Shown here piece after piece: positions 47,871 to 55,859 of a DNA stretch of 64,000 nucleotides. The notes beneath the pieces are model-generated. The model did not search any database. It saw only the letters and a list, made by a program, of their open reading frames with translations, and was not told where the DNA came from. The position numbers and the translations under genes are program-made. Each line of letters begins with the position of its first letter. Position 1 is the first letter of the stretch. Source of the stretch: Candidatus Saccharimonadota bacterium (GTDB lineage Bacteria; Patescibacteriota; Saccharimonadia; Saccharimonadales; JACDBH01). Where the stretch lies: positions 256,995 through 320,994 of the forward strand of contig JACDBH010000004.1 in assembly GCA_013694995.1 (NCBI GenBank), given 5' to 3'.

Positions 47871-47897
47871 AAACCGCCACCTAAGGCGGTTTTTTTA
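47871..47897 (+). terminator. intrinsic terminator (possibly the attenuator of the ORF47921-trpS unit and/or the end of the rplM-rpsI unit)
   Basis: AAACCGCC-acctaa-GGCGGTTT followed by TTTTT. Confidence 0.65.
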
Positions 47898-47920
47898 AAT
47901 CTAAACAAAGGAATAAACCA

Positions 47921-48169
47921 ATGAGTGCAGAATTAAGTGAAGAAGTATTGCAAAGATTAATAGTTATGAATCGAGATGCCGGAATGGATCCTGGACCAAT
48001 CGTGCCCGCATACATCGTCGAAAGCATAAAAGTAAATCAGGACCGAAATGATCTAAAGGGTATGCACCCTGCGTTGGCTTTTCACCTCGCTTATGTAGCT
48101 ATTTGCGGAGGGACGACTGAAGAGCAAGCAGTAGTCACAGAAATGAACAATGATTATCTTGCAGAATAG
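47921..48169 (+). CDS. hypothetical protein (82 aa) immediately upstream of trpS
   Basis: ORF with an AAGGAA Shine-Dalgarno. No recognised family. Confidence 0.5.
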   Translation: MSAELSEEVLQRLIVMNRDAGMDPGPIVPAYIVESIKVNQDRNDLKGMHPALAFHLAYVAICGGTTEEQAVVTEMNNDYLAE

Positions 48170-48181
48170 AGCTGAAAAAGG

Positions 48182-48187
48182 GATACT
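48182..48187 (+). promoter_or_regulatory. candidate -10-like box GATACT, 8 nt upstream of the trpS ATG
   Basis: aAAGGGATACTtagtactaATG. Confidence 0.25.
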
Positions 48188-48195
48188 TAGTACTA

Positions 48196-49224
48196 ATGAG
48201 TAAAGAGGTTATTTTAACTGGCATTAGGGCTAATAATGACCTGACAATTGGTAATTATTTCGGCGCTATCATGCCTATTATTGATATGGCAGTACACCGG
48301 TCCAACGATTACCAGGTCAATCTGTTCGTGCCCGACATGCATAGTTTTACAACACCGATAGATCATTCTAAGTTGCAATCTCAAATTATGCACAATCTTC
48401 GCAAATTTACTGCCGCTGGTTTGCCCCTAGACATCACGGATGTACATATCTACCGACAGAGCCATATTTCAGCGCACAGTGAACTAACCTGGATTTTAGA
48501 TTGTTTTACGGGCGTTGGAGAGATGAACCGCATGACACAATTTAAAGATAAAGCTTCGAAGCTAAGTGATGATAGGGTTAGCGTCGGGCTTTTTAATTAT
48601 CCAGTACTTATGGCTTCAGATATTTTATTGTACGGCGCAAGTTATGTGCCAGTAGGTGAAGACCAGACACAACACCTTGAATTTACGCGCGATATTGCAG
48701 AACGCATGAATATACGTTTTGGCGAATTATTCACTGTGCCTAAGCCTGTAAAAGAACAGCATGAATTTTTTGGTAATGACCAAGGGCTAAGAATAAAAGA
48801 CCTTATGGATCCAAATAAAAAAATGAGTAAGAGTGACGATTCTGATAAAGGTGTGATTTTCTTGGGTGATTCGCCGGACGAGGCAGCTAAGAAAGTCATG
48901 GGCGCAACAACTGATTCGTTAGGTAGCATACGTTATGATTGGAACAACCAACCGGGAATAACTAATTTACTGCAGATACTCGCTCTTTTAACGCACCGTT
49001 CACAGGCAGAAGTAAATAATGAATGGGAAGGCAAGGAACGCTACGGTGACCTTAAGAGTGCCGTTGCTGAGGCCACCACGAGATTCTTAAATGACCTCCA
49101 AGCAAAACTGGCTCAAGTTGACGATAACGCTATTCTTGCTAAACTGGAGTCTTCTCAAGCAGCCATGCGGGATATTGCTGGTCAAACACTTCTTAAAGTT
49201 CAAAAAGCCGTCGGCTTAAGATAA
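48196..49224 (+). CDS. trpS: tryptophan--tRNA ligase
   Basis: Class I aaRS. N-terminal TGIRANNDLTIGNYFGA (HIGH-type region) and KMSKS (NKKMSKSD). 342 aa. Confidence 0.92.
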   Translation: MSKEVILTGIRANNDLTIGNYFGAIMPIIDMAVHRSNDYQVNLFVPDMHSFTTPIDHSKLQSQIMHNLRKFTAAGLPLDITDVHIYRQSHISAHSELTWILDCFTGVGEMNRMTQFKDKASKLSDDRVSVGLFNYPVLMASDILLYGASYVPVGEDQTQHLEFTRDIAERMNIRFGELFTVPKPVKEQHEFFGNDQGLRIKDLMDPNKKMSKSDDSDKGVIFLGDSPDEAAKKVMGATTDSLGSIRYDWNNQPGITNLLQILALLTHRSQAEVNNEWEGKERYGDLKSAVAEATTRFLNDLQAKLAQVDDNAILAKLESSQAAMRDIAGQTLLKVQKAVGLR

Positions 49225-49225
49225 T

Positions 49226-50083
49226 ATGTACCTAATTCAAATAACAGAAGATTTCGTAGGAAGGCGAACTGATAAGCTTTTGGCTGAACAATTGCCGCAG
49301 TTTCCACGTGCCGCTTTACAGAAATTATTTGAAAAAGACTTAATACTGTTAAATAACAAGATAACTAAGCCCGGTATAAAAGTTCGGCTTGGGGACAGAC
49401 TTAAAGCAGACTTGTCACCACTCGATATAAAAATAGACGACATTGAATTACCGATTATTTACGAGGATGAAGATACTCTTGTAATCAATAAACCCTCAGG
49501 AGTTATTTCGCACGCCCGTGGCCGATATTTTGACGAGCCCTCAGTCGCATCCTTTATAAGGCAAAATACTCATCAAAGCGGAGAAAGGGCAGGGATTGCA
49601 CATAGGCTAGACAGGGCAACTAGCGGCGTTATGATCTGCGCCAAGAACCAAAGCTCTTTGAGCTGGTTGCAAAAACAGTTTTCCTTACGCAAAGTCAAAA
49701 AAACCTATATTGCGATAATATTAGGTGAGATGCCTAGCGAAGATGGAATTATTGATATGCCCATCGGCCGGAACCCTAAAAAACCCCAGACCTTCCATGT
49801 GACTGAGTTAGGTAAAACCGCTGTAACGAGATATAAGGTGATTCAGAAAACTGATCTTTATAGTATGCTGGAACTTCAACCCGAGACGGGACGCACCCAT
49901 CAGTTACGCGTCCATTTACAGGCCCTAAAGCATCCAATTGTAGGTGATTCCTTATATGGAGGCAAGGAATCCCTGCGGCTTTTATTGCACGCTAAGGACT
50001 TAGAAATAATCTTGCCCAATAATAAGCAGGTGACATTTACGGCCCCCATTACTAGCGAGTTTATAGAGCTTTTGAATGTTTGA
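49226..50083 (+). CDS. RluA-family 23S rRNA pseudouridine synthase (RluD-like)
   Basis: N-terminal S4-like domain and catalytic HRLDRATSGVMICAK motif. Confidence 0.88.
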   Translation: MYLIQITEDFVGRRTDKLLAEQLPQFPRAALQKLFEKDLILLNNKITKPGIKVRLGDRLKADLSPLDIKIDDIELPIIYEDEDTLVINKPSGVISHARGRYFDEPSVASFIRQNTHQSGERAGIAHRLDRATSGVMICAKNQSSLSWLQKQFSLRKVKKTYIAIILGEMPSEDGIIDMPIGRNPKKPQTFHVTELGKTAVTRYKVIQKTDLYSMLELQPETGRTHQLRVHLQALKHPIVGDSLYGGKESLRLLLHAKDLEIILPNNKQVTFTAPITSEFIELLNV

Positions 50084-50945
50084 CGAACTATTGCTGCATC
50101 AAAAAACAGCTGACGGGTGTAGAGAATACTTAAAACATCCATCTCAGGGACTAATGTTAGTCGGTCCACTGGGGAGCGGTAAGCAACAGCTGGCTCTTTC
50201 TTTGGGTTCTAAACTGCTTAATATACCGGTAAACAAACTTGGTGCGCACCCTTACTTTTTACATATAAACCCCGAAGGCGAGACTATAAGTATTGAAGAA
50301 GTTAGATCAATTCAGCAATTTTTAAAGCTAAAAACACTTTCAGCAAATGAAAACATCAAACGAATAATACTAGTTAGTGATGCGGGTAGAATGAGGGTAG
50401 AGGCTCAGAATGCTTTACTCAAGACCTTGGAAGAACCGCCAATAGATACGGTAATAATTATGACTGTCCATCATATAGAAGCGTTGTTGCCCACAATAAT
50501 ATCTAGAGTCACTTCAATGAGTGTTTTACCTATAAGTGAAGAAAGCGCATTTCAGTTTTTTAAGACCCAGTTTTCGGAAGCAGCTATAAAACGTGCTTTC
50601 GTTATTTCTCAGGGCCAAGCCGGCCTGCTGTTTGCACTACTACAGGAAACTGACCATCCGCTTATAGACTTTGTCAAAAAGGCAAAGGATATTTTAAGTA
50701 AAACACCAGGCCAAAGATTATTGATAACAGAAGAATTTAGTAAAGACCGTTCAAGCGTTCAGTTAATGCTAAACGCGCTACTTCGTATAACTCATGCCGC
50801 TTTAGCTAAAACGAGCAAAAATAACGACAGAAATCAAATTAAAAAGTGGCATTCTAAATATGAGGTGATTTTACGGACAACTGAATATGCACAAACAAAC
50901 GCCAACACTAAATTGTTGCTAGACGAACTTTTTTTGAATATATAA
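50076..50945 (+). CDS. holB: DNA polymerase III subunit delta' (clamp-loader AAA+ subunit)
   Basis: P-loop-like GPLGSGKQ, LLKTLEEPP motif. 289 aa. Confidence 0.75.
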   Translation: MFDELLLHQKTADGCREYLKHPSQGLMLVGPLGSGKQQLALSLGSKLLNIPVNKLGAHPYFLHINPEGETISIEEVRSIQQFLKLKTLSANENIKRIILVSDAGRMRVEAQNALLKTLEEPPIDTVIIMTVHHIEALLPTIISRVTSMSVLPISEESAFQFFKTQFSEAAIKRAFVISQGQAGLLFALLQETDHPLIDFVKKAKDILSKTPGQRLLITEEFSKDRSSVQLMLNALLRITHAALAKTSKNNDRNQIKKWHSKYEVILRTTEYAQTNANTKLLLDELFLNI

Positions 50946-51014
50946 TGAAACCATTTATTTATTTCTTAACTATTTTGGCCCCTAGAACAGATAATGGATT
51001 TGAAATGGGTTCAG

Positions 51015-51023
51015 TGATATACT
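51015..51023 (+). promoter_or_regulatory. candidate extended -10 (TGaTATACT), 11 nt upstream of the ATG at 51035
   Basis: cagTGATATACTgattagtacctATG. Confidence 0.3.
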
Positions 51024-51034
51024 GATTAGTACCT

Positions 51035-51688
51035 ATGCTTTCTATAGCACTGTTAGCCGGTTTTGGTTTTCTCGCTTTCCGCAGTACTCGAGTACGTGAT
51101 ACGGAACTCTCTCAAGCATCACTACGTATTAGTGATCGATTAAGTAAATTGTGGGACATCGCTCATCAGGGTATGCGCGAAAACCGTTTTTTGCGAGCAG
51201 AGAAAGCGTTACTGACTATTCTTAAAATAGATCAAAAGAACGCCGCGGCCTATAACCGATTGGGTATTTTGTACGCTAAACAAAAAGAATATAAAGATGC
51301 TATTGATTGTTTCGAAATTGCCAGTTCAATTGATCCGAGTGCATCTAGCCTGCACAACTTAGGACTTATTTATTATGAAACTGAAAATTATCAAAAAGCT
51401 GCCCTAGCTTTTGAACAGGCCCTTAAACTAGAAGATGGACTTGCCGCCCGACATATAGCCTATGCTAAGGTGCAAGAAAAGCTGGGTAATGAAAAATTGA
51501 TGTTACACGAGCTTGAACGCTCCACAGAGCTTGAACCAAACCCGGAAACATTTGGTTTGCTAATACGTGCTTATGAAGCCAAAGGCTTGGCAGCAGAAGC
51601 CGATATTACGAAATTAAAACTTAATAAATTAATTATGCCCGCCGGTAAGCCCCGTCGCGTTTTACGTCCCCGCAAAGTTGTAATTTAA
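51035..51688 (+). CDS. TPR-repeat protein with N-terminal membrane anchor
   Basis: Hydrophobic N-terminus, then TPR-like repeats (AAAYNRLGILYAKQKEYKDAIDCFEIA..., LHNLGLIYYETENYQKAALAFEQALKL). Confidence 0.75.
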   Translation: MLSIALLAGFGFLAFRSTRVRDTELSQASLRISDRLSKLWDIAHQGMRENRFLRAEKALLTILKIDQKNAAAYNRLGILYAKQKEYKDAIDCFEIASSIDPSASSLHNLGLIYYETENYQKAALAFEQALKLEDGLAARHIAYAKVQEKLGNEKLMLHELERSTELEPNPETFGLLIRAYEAKGLAAEADITKLKLNKLIMPAGKPRRVLRPRKVVI

Positions 51689-51719
51689 TCTGATAAAAAT
51701 CTACCCGTTGTCAGAACTT

Positions 51720-51731
51720 TGGTGCAGGGTG
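51720..51731. repeat. 12-bp exact copy of the tRNA-Tyr 3' end (TGGTGCAGGGTG)
   Basis: Identical to 52837-52848 in the same orientation. Together the two copies bracket the VOC gene. Confidence 0.8.
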
Positions 51732-51783
51732 ATTTACGATGTTAAAACGCTACTCATTGGTCTAGTTTAGCCACAAAGTTTTC

Positions 51784-52689
51784 TTAAAAATCTGTAATCA
51801 CAATCTTTTTCATTTGCATCATATTCTTAATAGCATCAGGTTTTTGTAACAATTTACCTATATTTTTAGGGATAATTTGCCAACTTACGCCGTACTTGTC
51901 TTTACACCAGCCACATTGCTCAGATTCGGGAACGGTAGAAAGCTTAGACCACAGCTGATCAATTTCTGCTTGATCTTCACAGGCTACTGATAAAGAAATA
52001 GCCTCATTGAAGCTAAAGTCTTGATCTACGCCAGAGTCCATAGCTGCCATCCATTGCCCATCAAGTTGGAAGTCTGCAAACATCAGCGAATCTTTTTTAG
52101 CTGGCCCCGTGTCTTCAGTGTATTGAGCGAGTGTACCCACCTTAGAATTAGGGAATACATCGGTATAGAACTCAATTGCCTCACGGGCATGATTCACAAC
52201 TCCATTGCCGAACATAAGGGACGGGATGATACATGGACGTTCTTCTCCTTCTGGATCTGTGAGAATTAACTGCCAAGAAAAACCGAAGCGATCCTTTACC
52301 CAACCGTAATGTTTACTAAAGGGGTATTGATCAAGAGCCATAAGGACTTCGCCGCCTTCAATCAATTTGTTCCATACTTCGTTTAAATGTTCACGTGCCT
52401 GATTATCGTGCGCAGGATCAAAGTTAACCATGAATGAAATAGCAGAATTAGGTTTAAATTCTGACCCAGCATTAATTGCAGTGAAATCATGACCGGCTAA
52501 ATTAAAATCAACTGTTAATATTTTTCCCGCAAGCTCTACTTGAAAGTCAGCAAGGCCTTCTTCTTGGCTATCAGGGTAGTGGGAATCGCTTGTTATTTTG
52601 CTTCCTGGAAATACCGAAACATAAAACTCAACTGCTTCTTTGGCGTTGCCATCAAACCAAAAATTTGGAGTAATCTTCTGTGTAGCCAT
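51784..52689 (-). CDS. VOC/glyoxalase-superfamily protein with two tandem PhnB-like (3-demethylubiquinone methyltransferase-type) domains
   Basis: 301 aa with an internal duplication (FYVSVFPGSK.../FYTDVFPNSK...; KHYGWVKDRFGFSWQL / WCKDKYGVSWQI). Confidence 0.75.
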   Translation of the reverse strand: MATQKITPNFWFDGNAKEAVEFYVSVFPGSKITSDSHYPDSQEEGLADFQVELAGKILTVDFNLAGHDFTAINAGSEFKPNSAISFMVNFDPAHDNQAREHLNEVWNKLIEGGEVLMALDQYPFSKHYGWVKDRFGFSWQLILTDPEGEERPCIIPSLMFGNGVVNHAREAIEFYTDVFPNSKVGTLAQYTEDTGPAKKDSLMFADFQLDGQWMAAMDSGVDQDFSFNEAISLSVACEDQAEIDQLWSKLSTVPESEQCGWCKDKYGVSWQIIPKNIGKLLQKPDAIKNMMQMKKIVITDF

Positions 52690-52836
52690 AGTCCTCTTAT
52701 CATTAATAACTGTACCCTTATTATACTATTTAGATGCAACCAAATCCGTAAGATAGCCCACACTAATTTTGGTAAAATTATTTTTGACCCCAGAGTTGAC
52801 TGTTCTAACCGATATTCTAGACAGAAGTTAAATCCG

Positions 52837-52922
52837 TGGTGCAGGGTGTAGGATTCGAACCTACGAAGGCATAAGCCAACAGATTTACAGTCTGTCGTGT
52901 TTGACCGCTTCACTAACCCTGC
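52837..52922 (-). tRNA. tRNA-Tyr (anticodon GTA), class II long variable arm, CCA encoded
   Basis: Manual cloverleaf: acceptor GCAGGGT/ACCCTGC, anticodon stem ACAGA/TCTGT with loop CTGTAAA, T-arm GTAGG-TTCGAAT-CCTAC. Confidence 0.9.
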
Positions 52923-52944
52923 TCGCTTTTGTCGTAGCCAAAAG

Positions 52945-52981
52945 CAATTATCAATTTACAATTATCAATTTGCAATGATTT
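52945..52981. repeat. 14-bp tandem repeat (CAATTATCAATTTN x2 plus a partial copy) upstream of tRNA-Tyr
   Basis: Read directly: caattatcaattta caattatcaatttg caatgattt. Confidence 0.7.
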
Positions 52982-53086
52982 AAATAAGAACTGAAAGCTT
53001 TTGAGTTATATATTTCAGCGATACTGATTCCATCATTGCTAATGGTAAAATGTTAATTGTTAATTGCTTTGCTACAAGCAAAGCAC

Positions 53087-53161
53087 TGGAGCCGACAGAG
53101 GGATTTGAACCCACGACCCGCTGTTTACAAAACAGCCGCTCTACCACTGAGCTATGTCGGC
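53087..53161 (-). tRNA. tRNA-Thr (anticodon TGT), CCA encoded
   Basis: Acceptor GCCGACA/TGTCGGC, anticodon stem GCTGT/ACAGC with loop TTTGTAA, T-loop TTCAAAT. One U-U mismatch in the T-stem. Confidence 0.82.
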
Positions 53162-53226
53162 ACATGCAACAGTCTAATATTCTAGCAAAAACAGATAAGA
53201 TTTGCTACTATTATCGGGTTAAAGAC

Positions 53227-53301
53227 GCCGCCTTAGCTCAGTGGTAGAGCACCTCCATGGTAAGGAGGGGGTCTCGGGTTCAAGTCCCGAAGGTGGCTCC
53301 A
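53227..53301 (+). tRNA. tRNA-Thr (anticodon GGT), CCA encoded
   Basis: Acceptor GCCGCCT/AGGTGGC, anticodon stem CCTCC/GGAGG with loop ATGGTAA, T-arm TCGGG-TTCAAGT-CCCGA. Confidence 0.9.
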
Positions 53302-53320
53302 GGTAATTTAGGGACATGGT

Positions 53321-53629
53321 ATGAGCTTTTTTAGAACAACTCAGGAAGATAAAGGGACAGAACGGCATAAAATAGTTCGCGCTAGGCAGGTAAGTGCGAT
53401 AGCCGGCATAGTATTTAGTACATACGGAATTTTTTGGCTAAATAACACCGCGGAAGGCAGTCTTGAGTCATCTGCATCTTTTACCGCCACAGCCCTAGGT
53501 ATAGGTAGCCTCTTATGTCCTATCATAAGTGAATTGGAAGAAAGAAGGGACATTCGTAATTTGATTGCAGAGACACAAGATTTTCTACGCTATCATGCAG
53601 AACGTTCAGACACTTCAAATAGCGAGTAA
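53321..53629 (+). CDS. hypothetical membrane protein (2 hydrophobic helices)
   Basis: 102-aa ORF with AIAGIVFSTYGIFWL and ATALGIGSLLCPII segments. Confidence 0.5.
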   Translation: MSFFRTTQEDKGTERHKIVRARQVSAIAGIVFSTYGIFWLNNTAEGSLESSASFTATALGIGSLLCPIISELEERRDIRNLIAETQDFLRYHAERSDTSNSE

Positions 53630-53680
53630 TCGCTTGGCAAAATTAGTTCTATCTGTTAAAATAATGTGCTGAAGGTAATT

Positions 53681-53884
53681 ATGGCTAAAAAAGGCGACAA
53701 AAGAAAGATTATTGGCATGGTAAGTGAGACAAGCGGTCATCGCTCTTATTACACGACTAAAAATACCATGAACACACCCGAGAAGTTGCGCCTGCGCAAA
53801 TACGACCCGGTAGCACGTCAGCACGCGTGGTACGAAGAGACTAAGAAAAATCTTGGCCGTAATACAGTTAATCCTAAAAAATAA
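53681..53884 (+). CDS. rpmG: 50S ribosomal protein L33 (bL33), Cys-less (C-) form
   Basis: MAKKGDKRKIIGMVSETSGHRSYYTTKNTMNTPEKLRLRKYDPVARQHAWYEETK. ATG at 53681 preferred over the tracked 53666. Confidence 0.88.
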   Translation: MAKKGDKRKIIGMVSETSGHRSYYTTKNTMNTPEKLRLRKYDPVARQHAWYEETKKNLGRNTVNPKK

Positions 53885-53905
53885 ACAAATATAGAAATCT
53901 CAGGG

Positions 53906-53929
53906 AGTTGTCCAAAAGGACAACTTTTT
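53906..53929 (+). terminator. intrinsic terminator after rpmG
   Basis: AGTTGTCC-aaaa-GGACAACT followed by TTTT. Abuts the stop of the convergent GH15 gene. Confidence 0.7.
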
Positions 53930-55859
53930 AAATATCCGCTAGATCAAGCGCCGTATTGATGTACTCGGCATGGCTCCATACCAATGGGGCAACACCAACT
54001 TGAAAACCAGTCTCTGGTTCTACCTGCTCGCTTAGAATCCCACTGGATAGTGCTTTACTTGAAGTCCATGTCATTATGACTTCAGCCTTTTCTGGCATGT
54101 CATTGTCTTTATAGTATTGTGCAAGCCATAAACCGCAGATAAACCATGGGTTGCCTAAAACATTATGACGGGTGCGCATGTACCAGTCGTTTTCATAGCG
54201 TGGCGTACCGCCGGAAGTTGTCTTGTCTGTCATAATTTGCTCAATCAAATTAGCTGTCTGGCGGACTTGTTCGCTAGTTGACTTAGGGCCAAACATCATC
54301 ATGCCGTATAACGAGGAAACATCGAGTGTGTTGTCGTATGAAAGGTCGCCTTCGGGTTGCAGTAGAATACCTTTCCTAAATGCCAAACGGTCTTGATCGA
54401 ACAGCAAAGGAAGCCCGGATTCTATGCGCCTTGCGGCTTCACGCCATAATACAGCATCGTCAGGAAAGCCGAATAGTTCTGAAAACTGGCCGGCAACTAC
54501 TAGTGATGAATAAACAGTTGCTACTGTATAGCTGCTTGTTAGAAACTTCTCCTCCCACAAATCATAGCTGGCATGAGGCAGGTTAGTGGCTTCATCAATA
54601 AAACCAGCCATAAACATCGCAGCTGGCCGTATCAACGTGCTATATAATAGTTCAACAAAGTCTTTATCGCCTGTCAGTTTGAGGTATTCCCCTAGCATAA
54701 TAATAACGATTGCCGTCTCATCTTCCTGGATAGCGAGTTCGCGTCGGTTCTTGTGAAGTAAAGGATGCCAGGTACTACCTATAGCTCTGTCAGGTTGGTA
54801 TTTGTGCATCAAATAACCGTCTTTATGAATTATATCGCGACAAAATTCAAAAAAATTGCGGGCTTCTTCTTTAAAACCCAGGCGGATTAGCGGCCAAATA
54901 GCAAAAGCCCCGTCACGTGGCCAGCAGTAACAATAATAATCACGGCCGTAGTTGAATATACTTGAATCTCCGGAAGCAAGAATGCTGCCGCGCCGGTCGA
55001 TATGGGCTTTAACGACCAGCAGGGATTTTTTAGCTAGGTCCCTATGATGCGAATCCAGTACGGCAAACTTATCTTTTGCAGGCGCCATCCAATCATTCCA
55101 CCATTCTCTGGCAGCCCGCAGTCTTGGCACCATGCTATCTTTTTTTAGCTCCTCGTGAATTTTTTCAGCATCAAGCTGAGAGTTGGCAGCAATAATCCAG
55201 TAATCTATTACCTTCGCCTGGTTGGCACCGAGCCTTAACGACAAACGGATAACCGAGTCAACGCCGCCATGTTCAACGGCGTTACCGGATAGTTCACCGT
55301 CCTCGGCATCCTTAAACGTTCCTTCTTTGCCTTCAATTCCGCAGTTACCAACTGCATACTGATCAAACGGAGCGCCGTCACTGGTCTCTGCATATACAAG
55401 TAGACTACAACGTCCTTTGTAGTCAAGCAGGTAATTACCGTCGGGCACGAACAAAGCTGTGTCGGCCCTGCCGGCCTGTGATATTTGAAATACCTGATGC
55501 ATAAACACTCTTATTTCGCGCTGACTGTCCGAGCGATTGGCTATTTTCATATGACGGCAAAAAGCGTTTGTTTTTGGATCGACAAAATCTTGAAGCTGAA
55601 GTTCCAAGCTCATGTCCTTATTCTTCATTGTAATCAGGCTTATCAGTGCGTCTGTTTCAAAATCTACATTAATTTCCCAGGTACCGTCATTGACCCATGA
55701 GAACTTACCATCTGCCCAAATTCCTATCTTATGGCATTCGCTACGCGTAGTAGTCAAATTGTCTAAGCCAACATAAGGATAATAAAAATCATGTACCAGC
55801 CCGTGCTGATTAAGCCCGACGAACATCTGCCCATTACTCAACACCACCGGCCGACCCAT
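53928..55859 (-). CDS. glycoside hydrolase family 15 protein (glucoamylase/glucodextranase-like)
   Basis: 643 aa. N-terminal beta-sandwich plus an (alpha/alpha)6-type C-terminal domain with the CWPRDGAF motif. Confidence 0.85.
   Translation of the reverse strand: MGRPVVLSNGQMFVGLNQHGLVHDFYYPYVGLDNLTTTRSECHKIGIWADGKFSWVNDGTWEINVDFETDALISLITMKNKDMSLELQLQDFVDPKTNAFCRHMKIANRSDSQREIRVFMHQVFQISQAGRADTALFVPDGNYLLDYKGRCSLLVYAETSDGAPFDQYAVGNCGIEGKEGTFKDAEDGELSGNAVEHGGVDSVIRLSLRLGANQAKVIDYWIIAANSQLDAEKIHEELKKDSMVPRLRAAREWWNDWMAPAKDKFAVLDSHHRDLAKKSLLVVKAHIDRRGSILASGDSSIFNYGRDYYCYCWPRDGAFAIWPLIRLGFKEEARNFFEFCRDIIHKDGYLMHKYQPDRAIGSTWHPLLHKNRRELAIQEDETAIVIIMLGEYLKLTGDKDFVELLYSTLIRPAAMFMAGFIDEATNLPHASYDLWEEKFLTSSYTVATVYSSLVVAGQFSELFGFPDDAVLWREAARRIESGLPLLFDQDRLAFRKGILLQPEGDLSYDNTLDVSSLYGMMMFGPKSTSEQVRQTANLIEQIMTDKTTSGGTPRYENDWYMRTRHNVLGNPWFICGLWLAQYYKDNDMPEKAEVIMTWTSSKALSSGILSEQVEPETGFQVGVAPLVWSHAEYINTALDLADI

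Noticed and set aside
47750-47920. T-box riboswitch upstream of trpS (also checked upstream of tyrS at 8009-8151 and hisS at 14238-14291)
   Set aside because: There is no T-box consensus (GGGTGGTACCGCG-like) or specifier-loop architecture. The tyrS and hisS upstream regions are too short. The trpS region fits a leader-peptide model better.
52540-53247. Track ORFs 52540..52851(+), 52593..52913(-), 52980..53165(-), 53050..53247(+)
   Set aside because: They run through the tRNA-Tyr and tRNA-Thr genes or their spacers, and the tRNA cloverleaves explain the sequence.
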